From Octopus bimaculoides (lineage: Eukaryota), in contig NC_068985.1 of NCBI RefSeq assembly GCF_001194135.2, positions 92,784,375-92,848,374 of the forward strand: a DNA stretch of 64,000 nt. The letters run 5' to 3'. Below, piece by piece: positions 12,634 to 25,358 of this stretch. The translations under genes were made by a program, and so were the position numbers. The first letter of the stretch is position 1; every line of letters begins with the position of its first letter. The notes beneath the pieces are model-generated. The model saw nothing but the letters and a program-made list of their open reading frames with translations. It was not told where the DNA came from and made no database searches.

Positions 12634-14060
12634 TAGGTTTAAAGATTGGGAAGAAGAGCATCGTTAATGTTATGCCAAGAGTTTGGCAATTCACAATTTG
12701 GATGGAAAGTGGATGTTAGGGTGTTTAAAAGAGATATGTACTGTTTAAAGTTTAAGTATGGATGACAAAAGAAGAAATGGATGAGACAAGTACAATTTGA
12801 GTTGTGTACAATTTTAAGTTTATGGGAACAGAAGATTGCCACAGCAGAAGAGACCGGGGATGTAACTTAGTGATTGAGTAAATAATCTGAGTGAGTAATT
12901 ATTTTTCTAACAGGTGTGAGAAGTTGATGGGTGGCAAGGTCCTGAAAATGAGCTTGTGTCTTGTAGGAGAGTTGTATTACATGAATAGTATTCTAGTGTA
13001 GATTAAACTGACATATATTTAATCAAATGATGCTAGAATCAACAGCCCTTTTGGTTGCTTTTAAATTTGTTCTTCCTTTTTCTTGAAGTAGGCAAATTTG
13101 ACATCATAGACAAGATCATCAGAGATAGGTGTGGAGCAATGTAGATAATTATATAATCTTAGTTTTTCATGAGCAATGAAAGTGTGATGTTTTGATATAT
13201 TTTCTTTTTCATGTAAACATTTCTTTTATTAACAGACTCCACATCTGTGCATTAGCAATGCTATATCACGTTAGATTTCTGCATCTCCCGTTACAGGATG
13301 TTTGCAAGGTCACATTATATAGGAAATTAGCCTATCTACTACAAAGTATTGAAGCTGTTTGTGGATGATATGTCTACAGTCAGATAGGCAAGAATGCACT
13401 CAAAGCAAATTTATCTGCAATATGGATTATAGATATTTTATATAAATGATACAAGTGGAAAAAAAAACCTGAACTTTGTTTTTTGCTCAACAGTTCTGGT
13501 TGAGAAGCATGATCATATGTCTGCTTTTAGATGCAAATAATATTTGCAAGTACATATAATCAGCTTGTTAGATAGTTTTTAATCAGCATTAATGCTTTCT
13601 ATGCTGCTAAAAGATTGTAATTTGAAGCTAAGACTTGGATTTGCATATGTTCTTTGGATTATTGAAAGATTATGGATCTCTAGCTATTTATTGAAAATAT
13701 CATTATTATCATGTAGTTTATAGAAATAAAATTTGCTCTCTAACTTGATTGCAAATAGTAAAGTAGTGCTACATTAAAGGTGACATGTTTTCATGTATTA
13801 TCACAAACAACTGTATCAATTTTCAATAAGTTTGTGTTAAACCAATTAGAATATAGTGTAGAGTTATATTTTCAGTGATCCTCCACTTGTGTTATATTAG
13901 AAGTAAATCTGATGGTTTTGTATAAATTCATAAGTAAGTTATGAAATGAAATTAATCCTTATTTTTGTTTATTTAGTGTATTTTGACTTAGTGACATTAA
14001 CTTCTTCTCCCATCTGCAGGTTGATTTCTCTGATATAAGATTAAAGATTTGTAATATATT

Positions 14061-14062
<2 letters not shown>

Positions 14063-14104
<42 letters not shown>
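14063..14104. repeat. Poly(T) tract, about 42 nt
   Basis: Directly visible. Confidence 0.95.
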
Positions 14105-14106
<2 letters not shown>

Positions 14107-15109
14107 AAGCAAAGCTGTGAAATGATTCCTGCAATAAAACCTTTTAACATAATTTATGTCTATGCAATATTATTTATAATGCATCTCCAGCTTGTGCATG
14201 GAATATAAAGATTAAAGAGAAATAAAATGAGGAATGCAAAAAACAAAATACATGTGCTAATATTTTATTTTAAAGAGCTGGTAATACTTTTAAAAGATTC
14301 TAACATTGGCATAGTGATTGTTAAATTTTCAAATTACTCAGAATGTTTGCACACTGCCCTGATTAAATAAGAGAGAGAGAGAAAAAAAAATCTTCAAGAA
14401 AGCAGATTTCATTTACTAATCTAAATAATGTAGAAAGTATTATGCCCACCACAAGACATTCTTAACCAACTTGTGCAATGCTGAAATACTATATTGATTC
14501 TTCAAGCTTGTAGTTATATTCGGCAAGGCAATGAAACACTTTGGATATATTGAAAATCATATTAAGTACCATTAGTTCAGATATAACAAATTCCCATATA
14601 CCTTTCATTAAAGAAAGAATTTTATTCTATTCTTCTTTGAAATTATCAAGCATTTAATGTTTTACACTGCATTTTTGGCCAAAAATACTTCTGTTTTCCA
14701 TCTAAATTATGAAAACAAGAATTATCACATATATTGTCTAGTTTTCTTTTGTTTGCTTTTATTGATTGCCGATGTACAATATGTAGTTCAATATTTCTCT
14801 GTTTAAAACATTTTCTCTTAGCTAGATAACATTCAGTTTAGAATTTTCAACCTATACTTGTTTCACAATTGACTTATAGTTAAAATAACTATTGATTTTT
14901 ATATCTAAGATATAATACTATTTTAAAAGTTAATTAGCCTATCAATGAACACTGTATTGCTAATGCATCTCTACTCTCATTCATATTCAAATACATTTTT
15001 GTTGTGTTACACAATCAAATATATAAAGACATTTGATGCATGTCTGGACTCTGTATGTATGTACACTCACACACACAAAATATTAATTCTATATTGTCTG
15101 ATGTACCAG

Positions 15110-15145
<36 letters not shown>

Positions 15146-15827
15146 ATATATACTCTTTTACTGGGCCCTACTGCTGCAAAGTTCTTATACTTGGTATTTG
15201 GTAATAAAGGATTTTGCATCACTGTTCACATTTTCTGTCTTGCTATGGCTCAAATCACTCCAAAATATCGTAGATTAGCCATTGAGGAGGGCAGCTTAAT
15301 CTTAGTCAACAAACAGTAACTAGTATTGTAATGAATGCAGAGCAGTTAAAAAGAAATACAGAACTTCAAATATTTTTGCTTTGTTAATCAAAACAAATTT
15401 ATTATGGCAACATATTTTGTAGTGGTTTAAAAAATTAAAAAAGAAAAGAAAAATTCTTCTGAGATGTTTCCAAACAATTTTACAATTCTTGAGACATTTC
15501 AAATGAAAATGTCTCTTGTAATCTTTAGTGTTTTGTGCCTGTGTGAGATAAGCCCACAATAATTTAACAATGCTTTTTTCCAATCTATGAGAGCAACAGA
15601 TAACCATCAGGGTGCAGCAGTAAAAGTTGGAAGAGCTGATGTATGCATATAACAATGAAATGTGCACATTCGCCTTGTATTATATGACTTGTCATGAATT
15701 CTTGTTCTTGCCCCAAACTCTAGTAAACATTTTATGGAACATATTGGACATGCAAACACGACTGTTGTTTGATCCTGGCTGAATTCTGATCAAGCAGCCT
15801 TATGATCAAAGACATAATCAAACAATC

Positions 15828-16201
15828 CTTTTATTCTTTTACTTGTTTCAGTCATTTAACTGTGGCCATGCTGCAGCACCACCTTTAGTCAAGTAAAACA
15901 ACCCCAAGACTTATTTTTTGTAAGCCTAGTACTTATTCTATCGGTCCCTTTTGCTGAACCACTAAGTTATAGGGATGTAAATACACCAGCATCGGTTGTC
16001 AAGTGATGTTGGAGGAACAAACACTGACACAAACATATATACATATATTTTACAGGCTTCTTTCAGTTTCCGTCTACAAAATCCACTCACAAAGCTTTGG
16101 TTGGCCCGAGACTATCATAGAAGACACCTGTTCAAGGGGACTGAACTCAGAACCATGTGGTTGGTAAGCAAGCTACTTACCACACAGCCACTCCTACGCC
16201 T
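15828..16201 (-). mobile_element. Family-1 SINE, near full length
   Basis: Head (aggcgtaggagtggctgtgtggtaag) and tail both present, with a small internal deletion. Confidence 0.92.
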
Positions 16202-17384
16202 ATTGTTAATGATTTTGACCATTACATCTACTTAGTGGTATTTAAGTGTGCGTTATCTAATATATCCTTATTGAAGCTAGTAGGGTGTGTGATTTGAGGT
16301 AATCTTTAATCTCTAACAGAAATTACCTACTACATTGTGCTTATCTTTCATTCACTCAAGTTGAAGGAATATTGTGGATGGGATTTGTATCCATTCCTTT
16401 CCAGGTTAAAGATGTCAAATTTTTGCTTCCTCTCAGCTATCAAATATGATTCTCTGATCATATACATACAGAGACGTGTGTGTGTGTAGATAGAATATTA
16501 GTGTATTTATTTATCAGTTTCTGTAATGAATTGCAGTTCATCACTAGTGTTTCATTGTGATTCTAGTCTCAACACTGCTTTGTTATTCTGTTTAACCTAA
16601 CTGTCTAGAATAGATACGAGAAAGTAGTCATTGATAAATATGTTTGATTATGAAAGATCAAGTAATTGTTATTTATTACCTAGGTTGTGCACTAAATAAT
16701 ACATCTATTCCCGCTGTACACTCATACATATGCATAAACACACACATTTCAATAGAGGAAGAAAAAGAGAAATTAGATTTTTAAAAATGTATCTCTAATG
16801 AATATTTCACGGTTTCACCATTAACCATTAGTAGAATCCCTTATTTCTGTATAGCTGTTAACATCCTGCCAGTGAATCAAATTTGTCTACTCCATTTCCT
16901 TTCAAAGAAATACTGTTCACATTTTTTTCTATTGCTTTATATAAACTAGGTTGGTAAGATAATATTTTAAAACTCTCAAGGGTATCATGTGTATGTATCA
17001 TAAATATTGTAGATATAATCTGTGAAAGGATTTCCCCATATACTCATAAACAGAATTTAAGAATTTACGTTTAAATTTAATGAGCACATCTCTTCTCAGC
17101 TTTTGATTACAATTTAGAGAAGTTTGTTTACTTCTACAAAGGATATTAACATTAATTAATTCCTTTGTCTCAAAAGATAACATGCAAAATAGAATCTGAA
17201 ATTCTGAGCTGTATGGTATCAACTTTGCATTTGATTTTGTAGGTATTGTGTAGCTATTAATATGGAAATATCTCCGTCTATCTGCTTGAAATTCATAGAT
17301 TTTCTTACAGTCTTGGAAATGGACAGTGCTGTTGGCCTAAAGAGAAATAACTTAGTAGTTTTAAACTTGAAAGTTTATATGTGA

Positions 17385-17735
17385 AGTATTGGTAATTGGT
17401 TAGTAAGTTTGTTTCACAATCACTTGATTTTGGGTACAGCCCCACTTCATAGACAAGTGTCTTCTACCATAACCCTGGACTAAGCAATGCCTTGTGGTGG
17501 TTTTGTTTGGCAGAAATTGTGTACATGCTGGTTGTTTATGCTGTTTGTATGTACCTTTGTGTTTATCTCCCACTGCTTGATAACCAGTACTGGTTTGTTT
17601 ACATTCCTATAACTTAAGTTTTTCCAAATATAACTCAATAGAATAAGTATCGGTCTGTGATCAAATTCTTTTGACTAACCTCTTCAATGCAGTGCCTCAG
17701 CTTGGTCACAGGCTGATGATTGAAACACGAGAAAA
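17385..17735 (+). mobile_element. Old, diverged family-1 SINE
   Basis: Degenerate head, caagtgtcttctaccat, gaataagta and tgattgaaaca modules in the correct order. Confidence 0.6.
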
Positions 17736-17861
17736 ATTAAAGACCCTGCACATTTCTGATTTTATATGATATTATTATGAAAATAAATCCACTTCCTTTG
17801 ATTTAGAATTTGTTTTACTGAAATATCTTAACACTTTCCATTTGCAATTTCATTTTCATAG

Positions 17862-17954
17862 AAACTGTTGAAAGGAAATAATTGTTTTTGTTCTATAATT
17901 CCCACATTGCAACTAGAAAAGCGTCGCAGAGTATATTCTTGTGATGAATGTAAT
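17862..17954 (+). CDS. Candidate internal exon (phase 0-0), product unknown
   Basis: Strong acceptor ttttcattttcatag, donor AAT|gtgagt, open frame KLLKGNNCFCSIIPTLQLEKRRRVYSCDECN. No homology recognised. Confidence 0.3.
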
Positions 17955-18564
17955 GTGAGTTCAATACCCTTCATATTTATTATCTTTTGTTGGGAGTTAA
18001 ATCTTTACCAGAATTATTTGTAAAAGAATATTTATAAGCTGTTACAAGGACAAATCGTTTGCAGGACATGTATTACTGGGATTCTATGACTTCTATAATT
18101 GATAGGATCTTAATTATATGATTATTGATTATATGTTTTCGATATCAACCTGCTTATATAATCTGGTTTTATAATACAGTATGTTTATATTTCAATTCAA
18201 GCCTTCCGTTCATAGTTTGATATTATAACTTCTAGTCTGGTTCAAAATACCAGCTTATCCTTCTAAATTCTTGATTATTTTCAAACTTAAGAAAAACAGG
18301 TATGCTTCCTAATAGCAACACCTTACAGAATGAACGGAATATTTTTTACATGGCGCCGGCACATTATGTAAAGTAATTTGTGATAGGAAGGACATCTAGC
18401 TATATAAGCCACACAAAGAATGAACTGTATGAGCAAGACATTGCAAGCAATTTAAGAGAGTGGTAACTCTAAATTTTAACAGTGGAAAGAGGACACCTTG
18501 TAGTCCTTGTTGTATATCACAACCTCTCTAATGTCAGTAGGTAAAATGCAGCTAATATACCGTC

Positions 18565-18752
18565 ATGATGATGATCATCATCATTTAGCATCCGTTTTCT
18601 ATGCTGGCATGGGTTGGACGGTTTGACTGAGGTCTGGAGAGCCAGCAGCTGCACCAGGCTCCAATCTGATCTGGCAATGTTTCTACAGCTAACCCTAACC
18701 ACTCCAAGAGTGTAATAGGTGCTTTTTACATGCCACCAGCACAGGAGCCAGT
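18565..18752 (-). mobile_element. RTE-tailed short retroelement
   Basis: Reverse complement of the 5760-5913 modules (aaaagcacc, ccagatcagattgg, cccatgccagcat, (tga)n). Confidence 0.8.
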
Positions 18753-19589
18753 CATCGATCACATGAAGTGTAAAGTGAAAGTCACTTAGACACTGAAACC
18801 ATGTCCAAACATGGAATGTACAAGTGAAATGTAGTCTGTCAGCTTCATTGCACAGTACTTGTCTAGGAGAGTGTTAACTCGGAATTAGAAATAGCAATGG
18901 GACAACTTATTTTTAGTACCAGTGACACAGTATATAATAAATTCACACATTTACAAAACTGCTTGAGTTTTTTCTTTGTTGTTTGTGTGTGTGGACAATG
19001 CAGAGTGAGATGTGTGACAAACTATGGCTGTTTGTGGAGAAAAGAAAATGAATATAAAATTATGTTGATATTGGAAAGTCTTCTGAATAGCACAGCCTTG
19101 TTCTTTAACTTAAATATAGCAGAAAGTTATAATTTGATTGAAGAAGTGTGTATGAGGTGGGTGGGTGGGTTGATATTTTAGTAGATACTCAAGTATGAAA
19201 TCTTTTATGTCAATATTGAAAAGTATATTCCATCAAAAATGTTAATAAGTAATGATAGATTATAATTCTTCATATGATTAGTCTTTTGGTCTATGGTTGT
19301 CGTTTGTGTTATTAGTGGTGAGTAGGAAGATCGGTAAAGTTATGGAGAAAATACTGTACAGTATTTTACTTATTTTGCTTTGCATTCTCTGATTAAATCT
19401 CATCCAGGTCATCTTCTATCCATCTACAAAGTTGAGAACATAATGTCTACTAGTCTAGAAGTAAGGTCGATGTTGTCTATTAATCTCTTTCCAGAAATTT
19501 CTTTCTTTGTGTTTATGTCAGAAATGGTTATTATTTTACCGTTTGCAATGGACAGACTAGTTTACTCAGCTACACTGTGGTTTGTAGTT

Positions 19590-19830
19590 GTCCAAAAGTC
19601 AACCTTGTCTTTCATCCTTTTAAGGTCAGTAAAATAAAATACCAGTCAAGTGATGGATTTGTTTCCCTTGTGCTTAAATCAGAAATATGAAAGGTGATGC
19701 ACAGGCTGAAAAAAAAAATGTTTCACAGCATTTCTTCTCTGTTCTCTGTATTCTGAGTTTAAATCTTGCCAAGACCGATTTTTCTGTCCTTTCTTTCAGG
19801 GCAGATAATATAAATTAGAAATCGAAGTCC
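19590..19830 (+). mobile_element. Diverged fragments of a third SINE family
   Basis: gtcaaccttgtctttcatccttttaaggtcagtaaaataaaataccagt and ttctgagtttaaatcttgcc; the same module occurs reversed at 42085-42150. Confidence 0.45.
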
Positions 19831-19968
19831 TGTGATGGTAATGACAAATGCTCACTCCTCACCCTTGTTGACCTTCACTCTAAATTAAAAACCAATATTA
19901 TTCATGGTATGCATGTATTACATTCAAAATCAATGTCCTAGACACTAGGTCACAACTAGTTTCCTTAG

Positions 19969-20127
19969 TACATTATTTACATTATTTACATTTGATGGAT
20001 ATTTGTCCTCATCTTGTTTGTTGTTAACAAAACATTTCAGCTGGTGTCTTCATCAGGTGTCTTGGGGAAATTTCGAACCTGGGATCTCATTCCTAAGGTA
20101 GTTTTCGATATTATTATTATTATTCAG
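19969..20127 (-). mobile_element. Family-2 (hammerhead-bearing) element, headless copy
   Basis: Aligns to 63270-63458 with a shortened stem II. No tRNA-like head. Confidence 0.85.
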
Positions 20128-20133
20128 GGTCCA

Positions 20134-20428
20134 GTTAGAATTTTCTTCAGGTCGAGTAGCCCATCCCATTCAAAAGGTTCCTGAGAGCAAAACATCCATG
20201 TTTCCAAAGGTGAATTATTCACACCCCAAAGAATTCCTCTCAACACATGGCTATGATGCTCCCCACTACTTCTGCTCATGATCAGAAATGTACATATCGT
20301 CAGCCACCAAGGGACATGCTGAACTGGTGAAGGTCAAACAACTGACAATCAAATCTGTGGTATTGAGCAGGATATTTACTGTAGCCCATCTTTTATACCA
20401 AGACAAAACAATGTACATAACACTTCCG
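20134..20428. repeat. Unclassified interspersed repeat
   Basis: Shares agcccatccca(t/c)tcaaaag with 5506-5519 and is flanked by repeat arrays. Recognised as an octopus-type repeat from memory only. Confidence 0.45.
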
Positions 20429-20432
20429 GGCT

Positions 20433-20583
20433 TTTATTATTATTATCATTATTATTATCATTATTATTATTATTATTATTATCATTATTATTATTATTAT
20501 TGTTGTTATTGTTATTATTATTATCAATATCATTATCATTATTATTATTATTATTAATATTATTATTATTAGTAGTAGTAGTA
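20433..20583. repeat. Compound (TAT/CAT/TGT/TAG)n trinucleotide array
   Basis: Directly visible; source of the poly-Y/N/I ORFs. Confidence 0.95.
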
Positions 20584-22194
20584 TGTGCAATTTGCCCTGA
20601 AGAAACTTGTTTAGAGTGCAATTTAGAAATGTTTTCCCCCTGGAGTGCATGATTTATGAAGAGGGAATTCTTACATTGTTTTATCAAGTCATCGGGACAT
20701 TTGGCTGTCCATTCCATTACCCTAGGGCAGAAAAAATAGAATATTTGTTGAAGCATTATTTTTAACCATGTAAAATTTTTCTATGGCAGCCATTAATATT
20801 GTTTTCCATGATTTAAAGTAATCTTAAAAGTTGCAGGGAGGGGAACTTCAAGCAAAAGTGGCAGCAGCAGCCTCAGTAACATAAACAACAACTCCTCCAA
20901 TATTTTCAAATATGAAAACAGACTTTGAAATCGATTGCAAAAATAAAAAAAGAAATTTAAAAAAAAAACACAACTTACAATTAAACACAGACAGTTTCAA
21001 GTACAACACTTATATTTGAACAATAGAAAACACAAACAAGAAAATGTTGAAGATCTAAATTTGAATGGCAGGGAACAAAAGAAACTGTGTGAAGAGCAGC
21101 AGTAACATTTCATCTTTTGCTAATATTGTTGCTAATATAAAACTTTTACCGAGAGAAGATATGGATGAGTTATATCATGAATGTGTCTCCTTGTTCAGAG
21201 TATTTATAGAATGCAGTACAGGGAGGGAAATACTGCATTTGTGTTAAAAACACTAACATACTAATTATAATTATACATTTGTAAGATAGCGTTAGCTTAC
21301 TTTCCTGGATGGTAGATATCTATTCTAATAGACCTTATAGTGGGGGCTTTATTAACTTCAACTGTCAGAATTTCTGATTTTAAGCTTTTTTCTTGCTCAT
21401 TCTCAAATTGTTCTTATATACATTAGCATATTTTTTTTCAAATCCTGTTTTGTATTCAGATGTAATGACTTTTATCGGATAATAACTTGGCTACAACACA
21501 ATCTCAGGCACCTAGCTGGATTTAACAAATAAATACATTGAATTAATTTTTAGCAACCAATCAAAAATTAGTGTTCTATATTTATGTTTTCCTAATAAGT
21601 AAAAAATCCTTTCCACTTAAGCTGCTTCCCAACGAAATGATATGCTAACAAACTTTTAATCTGTAGGCATTGCCATTAGAAGAACATAATATTCTACTTT
21701 TGTATAGATATCTAAATAATATTTTCTTTTATAAATATTGCTACTCAAAGAAAATGTTTTACACATTTCTATCTAGAATATTCTGCCATCTGCAGCAAGT
21801 CTTTGTAGATGACACTTTTTTAGTTGACCTGCAACATCATACCGCTGTGAATTTAACAATCCTATTTTATGATTGAATAAAGTCACATGTATACATACAT
21901 ACAGCAATTTATATATTATACATGCATATTATTTTCCAAATATCCACAATATATGTGAGTATATGTGCATGTGCGTGCGTGCATATATAAAAACGTATCG
22001 AAACAACATTCATACTAAAAAATAGCGTGTTTAGAAAAACATGTTATTCACAAACTGTTGCACATATGTTTTTTCACAAGTACGTGATATACCAGGTCAG
22101 AAGTAACATCTCTTCTTAGAATAAATGTTATTGTCCCCAATAATATTTTTACCACTTGGACAAGATACAATTTTCTATTAGTGGCAGCTAGGAA

Positions 22195-22240
<46 letters not shown>

Positions 22241-22416
22241 ACACAGATACACAATTTTCACACATCTTTTAACCCTATGTTAAGGCATGTCTTCTTTGAT
22301 TCAGTTAGCAATCCCATTGTTTTGCACAATTCTCAAATGTTTAATTGCAACAACAAGCCTGTGTACTTTTAGTTTAGTTTTGGCATTTCAATCTTTTAGT
22401 ATATTCAGGCATACCT

Positions 22417-22785
22417 GTGTGGTTAAGAATGCCCACTTTGGAATCATGTGGTTTAAGGTTCAGTTCCACTACAATGCACTTTGGCCAAGTGTCTTGTATT
22501 ATATCTCCTAGCCAACCAATGCCTTGTCAGTGAATTTGGTACATGAAGACTGTATGGAGGACAAGAGTGTGTGTGTTTAAGTTTCCCTCATCTCCGCTTA
22601 ACATTGGTGATGCTTTGTTTACGCCCTTGTATGTAATATAACAGTTTGGCAAAAGAGATAGATAATGTACAAGACTTCAAAAGGCAAAAAAAGGATCAGG
22701 ATTAATTTGTTTGACTAAACCTTTCAATGTTGTGCTCTAGCATGTCCACAGTCTAATGATTGAAACACATATAAGATAAAAGATA
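22417..22785 (+). mobile_element. Old, diverged family-1 SINE
   Basis: gtggttaag..ggttcagttccact..caagtgtctt..gccttgtcagtgaatttggta..tgattgaaaca..(gataaaa)n. Confidence 0.65.
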
Positions 22786-23126
22786 AATTTATGATCTTTT
22801 TTTAGCTTTATTTTCTAATATTTGATTTAATTCTAAGGCTCAACATTGCTTAATCCACTCCTTGATGTTAGTTTTTCCTGTTGGTGCATTCATCTTCATA
22901 GCATTTGCTTGTTTACATTTTTACAGTGTTAATTAATTTGGGAAAATTTTTATAAAACACTTAATTAAACTATTGTAATTAGTAATAACTTCTGTTTAAT
23001 ATCATAATAGCATTTTCCTGTTATTGTATTATATCTCTTATTTTCATTTAGCCAAAACATATCTTTACATTTTTGATTTGAAAAATACTATTGCATGTAA
23101 TTGAAGTATGAAAGGAAATATGAAAT

Positions 23127-23240
23127 CATTATCATGATCATTAACATTTAATATCCATTTTCCTTGCTGGCATGGGTTTGACAGTGTGATAGGAGCTGGT
23201 AAGACCAGGAACCAGAACAGGCTTCATTGTCTGTTTCATA
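23127..23240 (-). mobile_element. RTE-tail fragment
   Basis: tccattttccttgctggcatgggtttgac is the reverse complement of the shared tail. Confidence 0.6.
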
Positions 23241-23659
23241 AAATTGAATTGATCTGTTTTATCATATCAGTTTAATTGAGCGTATAATCTAGTACAGATT
23301 GATGTGTGGAAATGTGTATATCATACATAGAGTAATGCCAATGTAGATGCAAGTCTCAGGGCCCATAGTTTGACTGCAACAATAATTGGAACATCGTTAT
23401 TCCATTTTGGAAGTTTCCTTAGTGCTTCAGCTTTTGTTTTTTATTTATTTATTTTTTTTTAATGCAGGAATATTTCTGTTCTATGATTTAGAATGGATAA
23501 GAATTATATTCCCTCAATGAGCTTCTTACTTCCTGTTATTCAATATTTTTTAAGTAGCTCCATTTCTTATTGTTACTAATTCAGATATGTTAATTCTTTA
23601 AATAGCTTAGTAATTATTTTATGAACTTGATGTTATTTTTTTTTTCCTCAATTTAATAG

Positions 23660-23801
23660 ATTCATTTGATAACCTTGTCTGCTTTCAGTCTGATTTAAGT
23701 CACAAGGAAGCTTATAATAAACTTATTCGACCTCACTTTTCATTTGTGAAAGAAATAGAAGCTTGCACTTTCAAATTCTGTTGCCAGTATTGCAGCTTCA
23801 G
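23660..23801 (+). CDS. Candidate internal exon (phase 1-2), product unknown
   Basis: Acceptor tttttcctcaatttaatag, open frame SFDNLVCFQSDLSHKEAYNKLIRPHFSFVKEIEACTFKFCCQYCSF, weak donor AG|gtgtca. Confidence 0.3.
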
Positions 23802-23971
23802 GTGTCAGTTCTGAACTTTCATTTTACCTTGATAAGAATATATCTACTTTAATATATTGGATTTCATTTTGAGGTTTAGCTATGGCTTCCAATTTGTAAT
23901 CTTTCACAGGTACTGACATTCTAGATTAATTTGCTGCATGTCTCACTTTTTCTTTTTTCTGTTATACAATG

Positions 23972-25358
23972 TACGAGGTAGTGTCAAAAAGTTCCTGGAC
24001 TAGTTATGTTTAATAAAAAATAACTTATTTACCTAAATTTTAATGTCATCTCCTTCGAAATAATTACCTTGCACAGCAATACATTGGACCCAGTATTCCT
24101 GCCACTTTCGGAATCTGGCCTGGAAGTTGTTTTCCATGAGGTGAAGAGCTTTTGCAATTTGCTCTGGATTTCGACAGTGGTGTTAAAACTGCAACCTCTG
24201 AGCTGCCTTTTCATCTTTGGGAAGAGATGGAAGACTGCAGGTACTAAATCTGGTCAATAGGGTGGGTGTGGAAGGGATATCATGTTGTTTTTGGCAAATA
24301 GCTCATGAGTGAGGAGAGCTCAGAGAAGAATCCAGTTCTTCACGCTCCACAGATCCGGTCGCTTTCACTCAACATCCTCCCGCAAATGCTTCAAAATGTC
24401 TCCATAGAACTCTTGATTGATCGTCTGGTCCTGGGGGACGAATTCTCAATGCACAATATCACATTTCTGGGGATGATGCTTCTAGCAGGTCTTCCAGATT
24501 GCTTGTCATTTTCCAGGGATGTTCTTTCACTTTTCAAGCACCTGTGCCACTTAAAACATCATGTACAACCCATTGCCTCGGCGCTGTAACCTTGCTGAAG
24601 CATGTTCAATGTCTCTGTAGCAGACTTCCCGAGTTTAATGCAAAATGTCACATTGGCTTTTTGTTCCAACTTCCTGTCCCTGACAAAAATCACAGACTAC
24701 AGCATACATAGGATCACAAAAACACAAATTTCACAACTTGTGAAGTAAACACAGTGATGTCACTCAACACACTGCCTCATGAAAGCCACTGTAATCTCTT
24801 TATTTGACACTACGACCATAACACAGAGGGGACAGCACAAAGACAGACAGAACATCACAGTGGGGACAAAAACATAAAACGAATGAAAAATGGTAAAATG
24901 TACAACGAAATCGATGGTGATGAAATAGCTTCATGCACCCCACTCACATGTAGTACCATTTGAACGTTCTTAATACCTGTTTATAATTATTTTCATTGTT
25001 TTTTCCTGATAGCATCATTTTGTTTTACTCTTTTTTCCTTCCTTTTCTTAAACCACAATTTACACTCTTTTTTTTAATACCTTATATATGGCTGTATTTC
25101 GCTTAGTTCAACTACTGGCAGTAGTTCATTGAACTCCACCCCGAATCCTGGTGGTTCAACATTACATTTTTCTTTCAGCCTGCTATATTTTTCCTTATCG
25201 ATCAAAATTGCTTTCACATTTTCTCCATACATGTTCTTGAGTAACTTCACCCTATAACATGAAGGTCACTGTAAGCTGTCACTGTGCACACAACCATGTG
25301 CTGCCATCTGTTGGTGCACTATAGAACTATTCCAGGAATTTTTTGATACCACTTTGTA
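23972..25358 (-). mobile_element. Internally deleted mariner (DD34D-type) transposon with TIRs and TA TSD
   Basis: TIRs tacgaggtagtgtcaaaaagttcctgga / reverse complement tacaaagtggtatcaaaaaattcctgga. Minus-strand motifs EQKANVTFCIKLGKSATET, SGRP, IVH*EFVPQDQTINQEFY and HPPY*PDLVP..FPKMKRQLRG. The segment between SGRP and IVH is missing. Confidence 0.92.
24795..25258 (-). mobile_element. Retro-type insertion nested in the mariner 5' region
   Basis: Flanked by atgaaagccactgtaa (24779-24794) and atgaaggtcactgtaa (25259-25274), 14/16 identical. The minus strand ends caaataaagaga. Confidence 0.6.

Noticed and set aside
14063-14104. Poly(A) tail of a minus-strand processed pseudogene
   Set aside because: No upstream polyadenylation signal, ORF or TSD found.
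20288-20756. Poly-Tyr/Asn/Ile ORFs
   Set aside because: Translations of a trinucleotide array; the same applies to 44515-44818.
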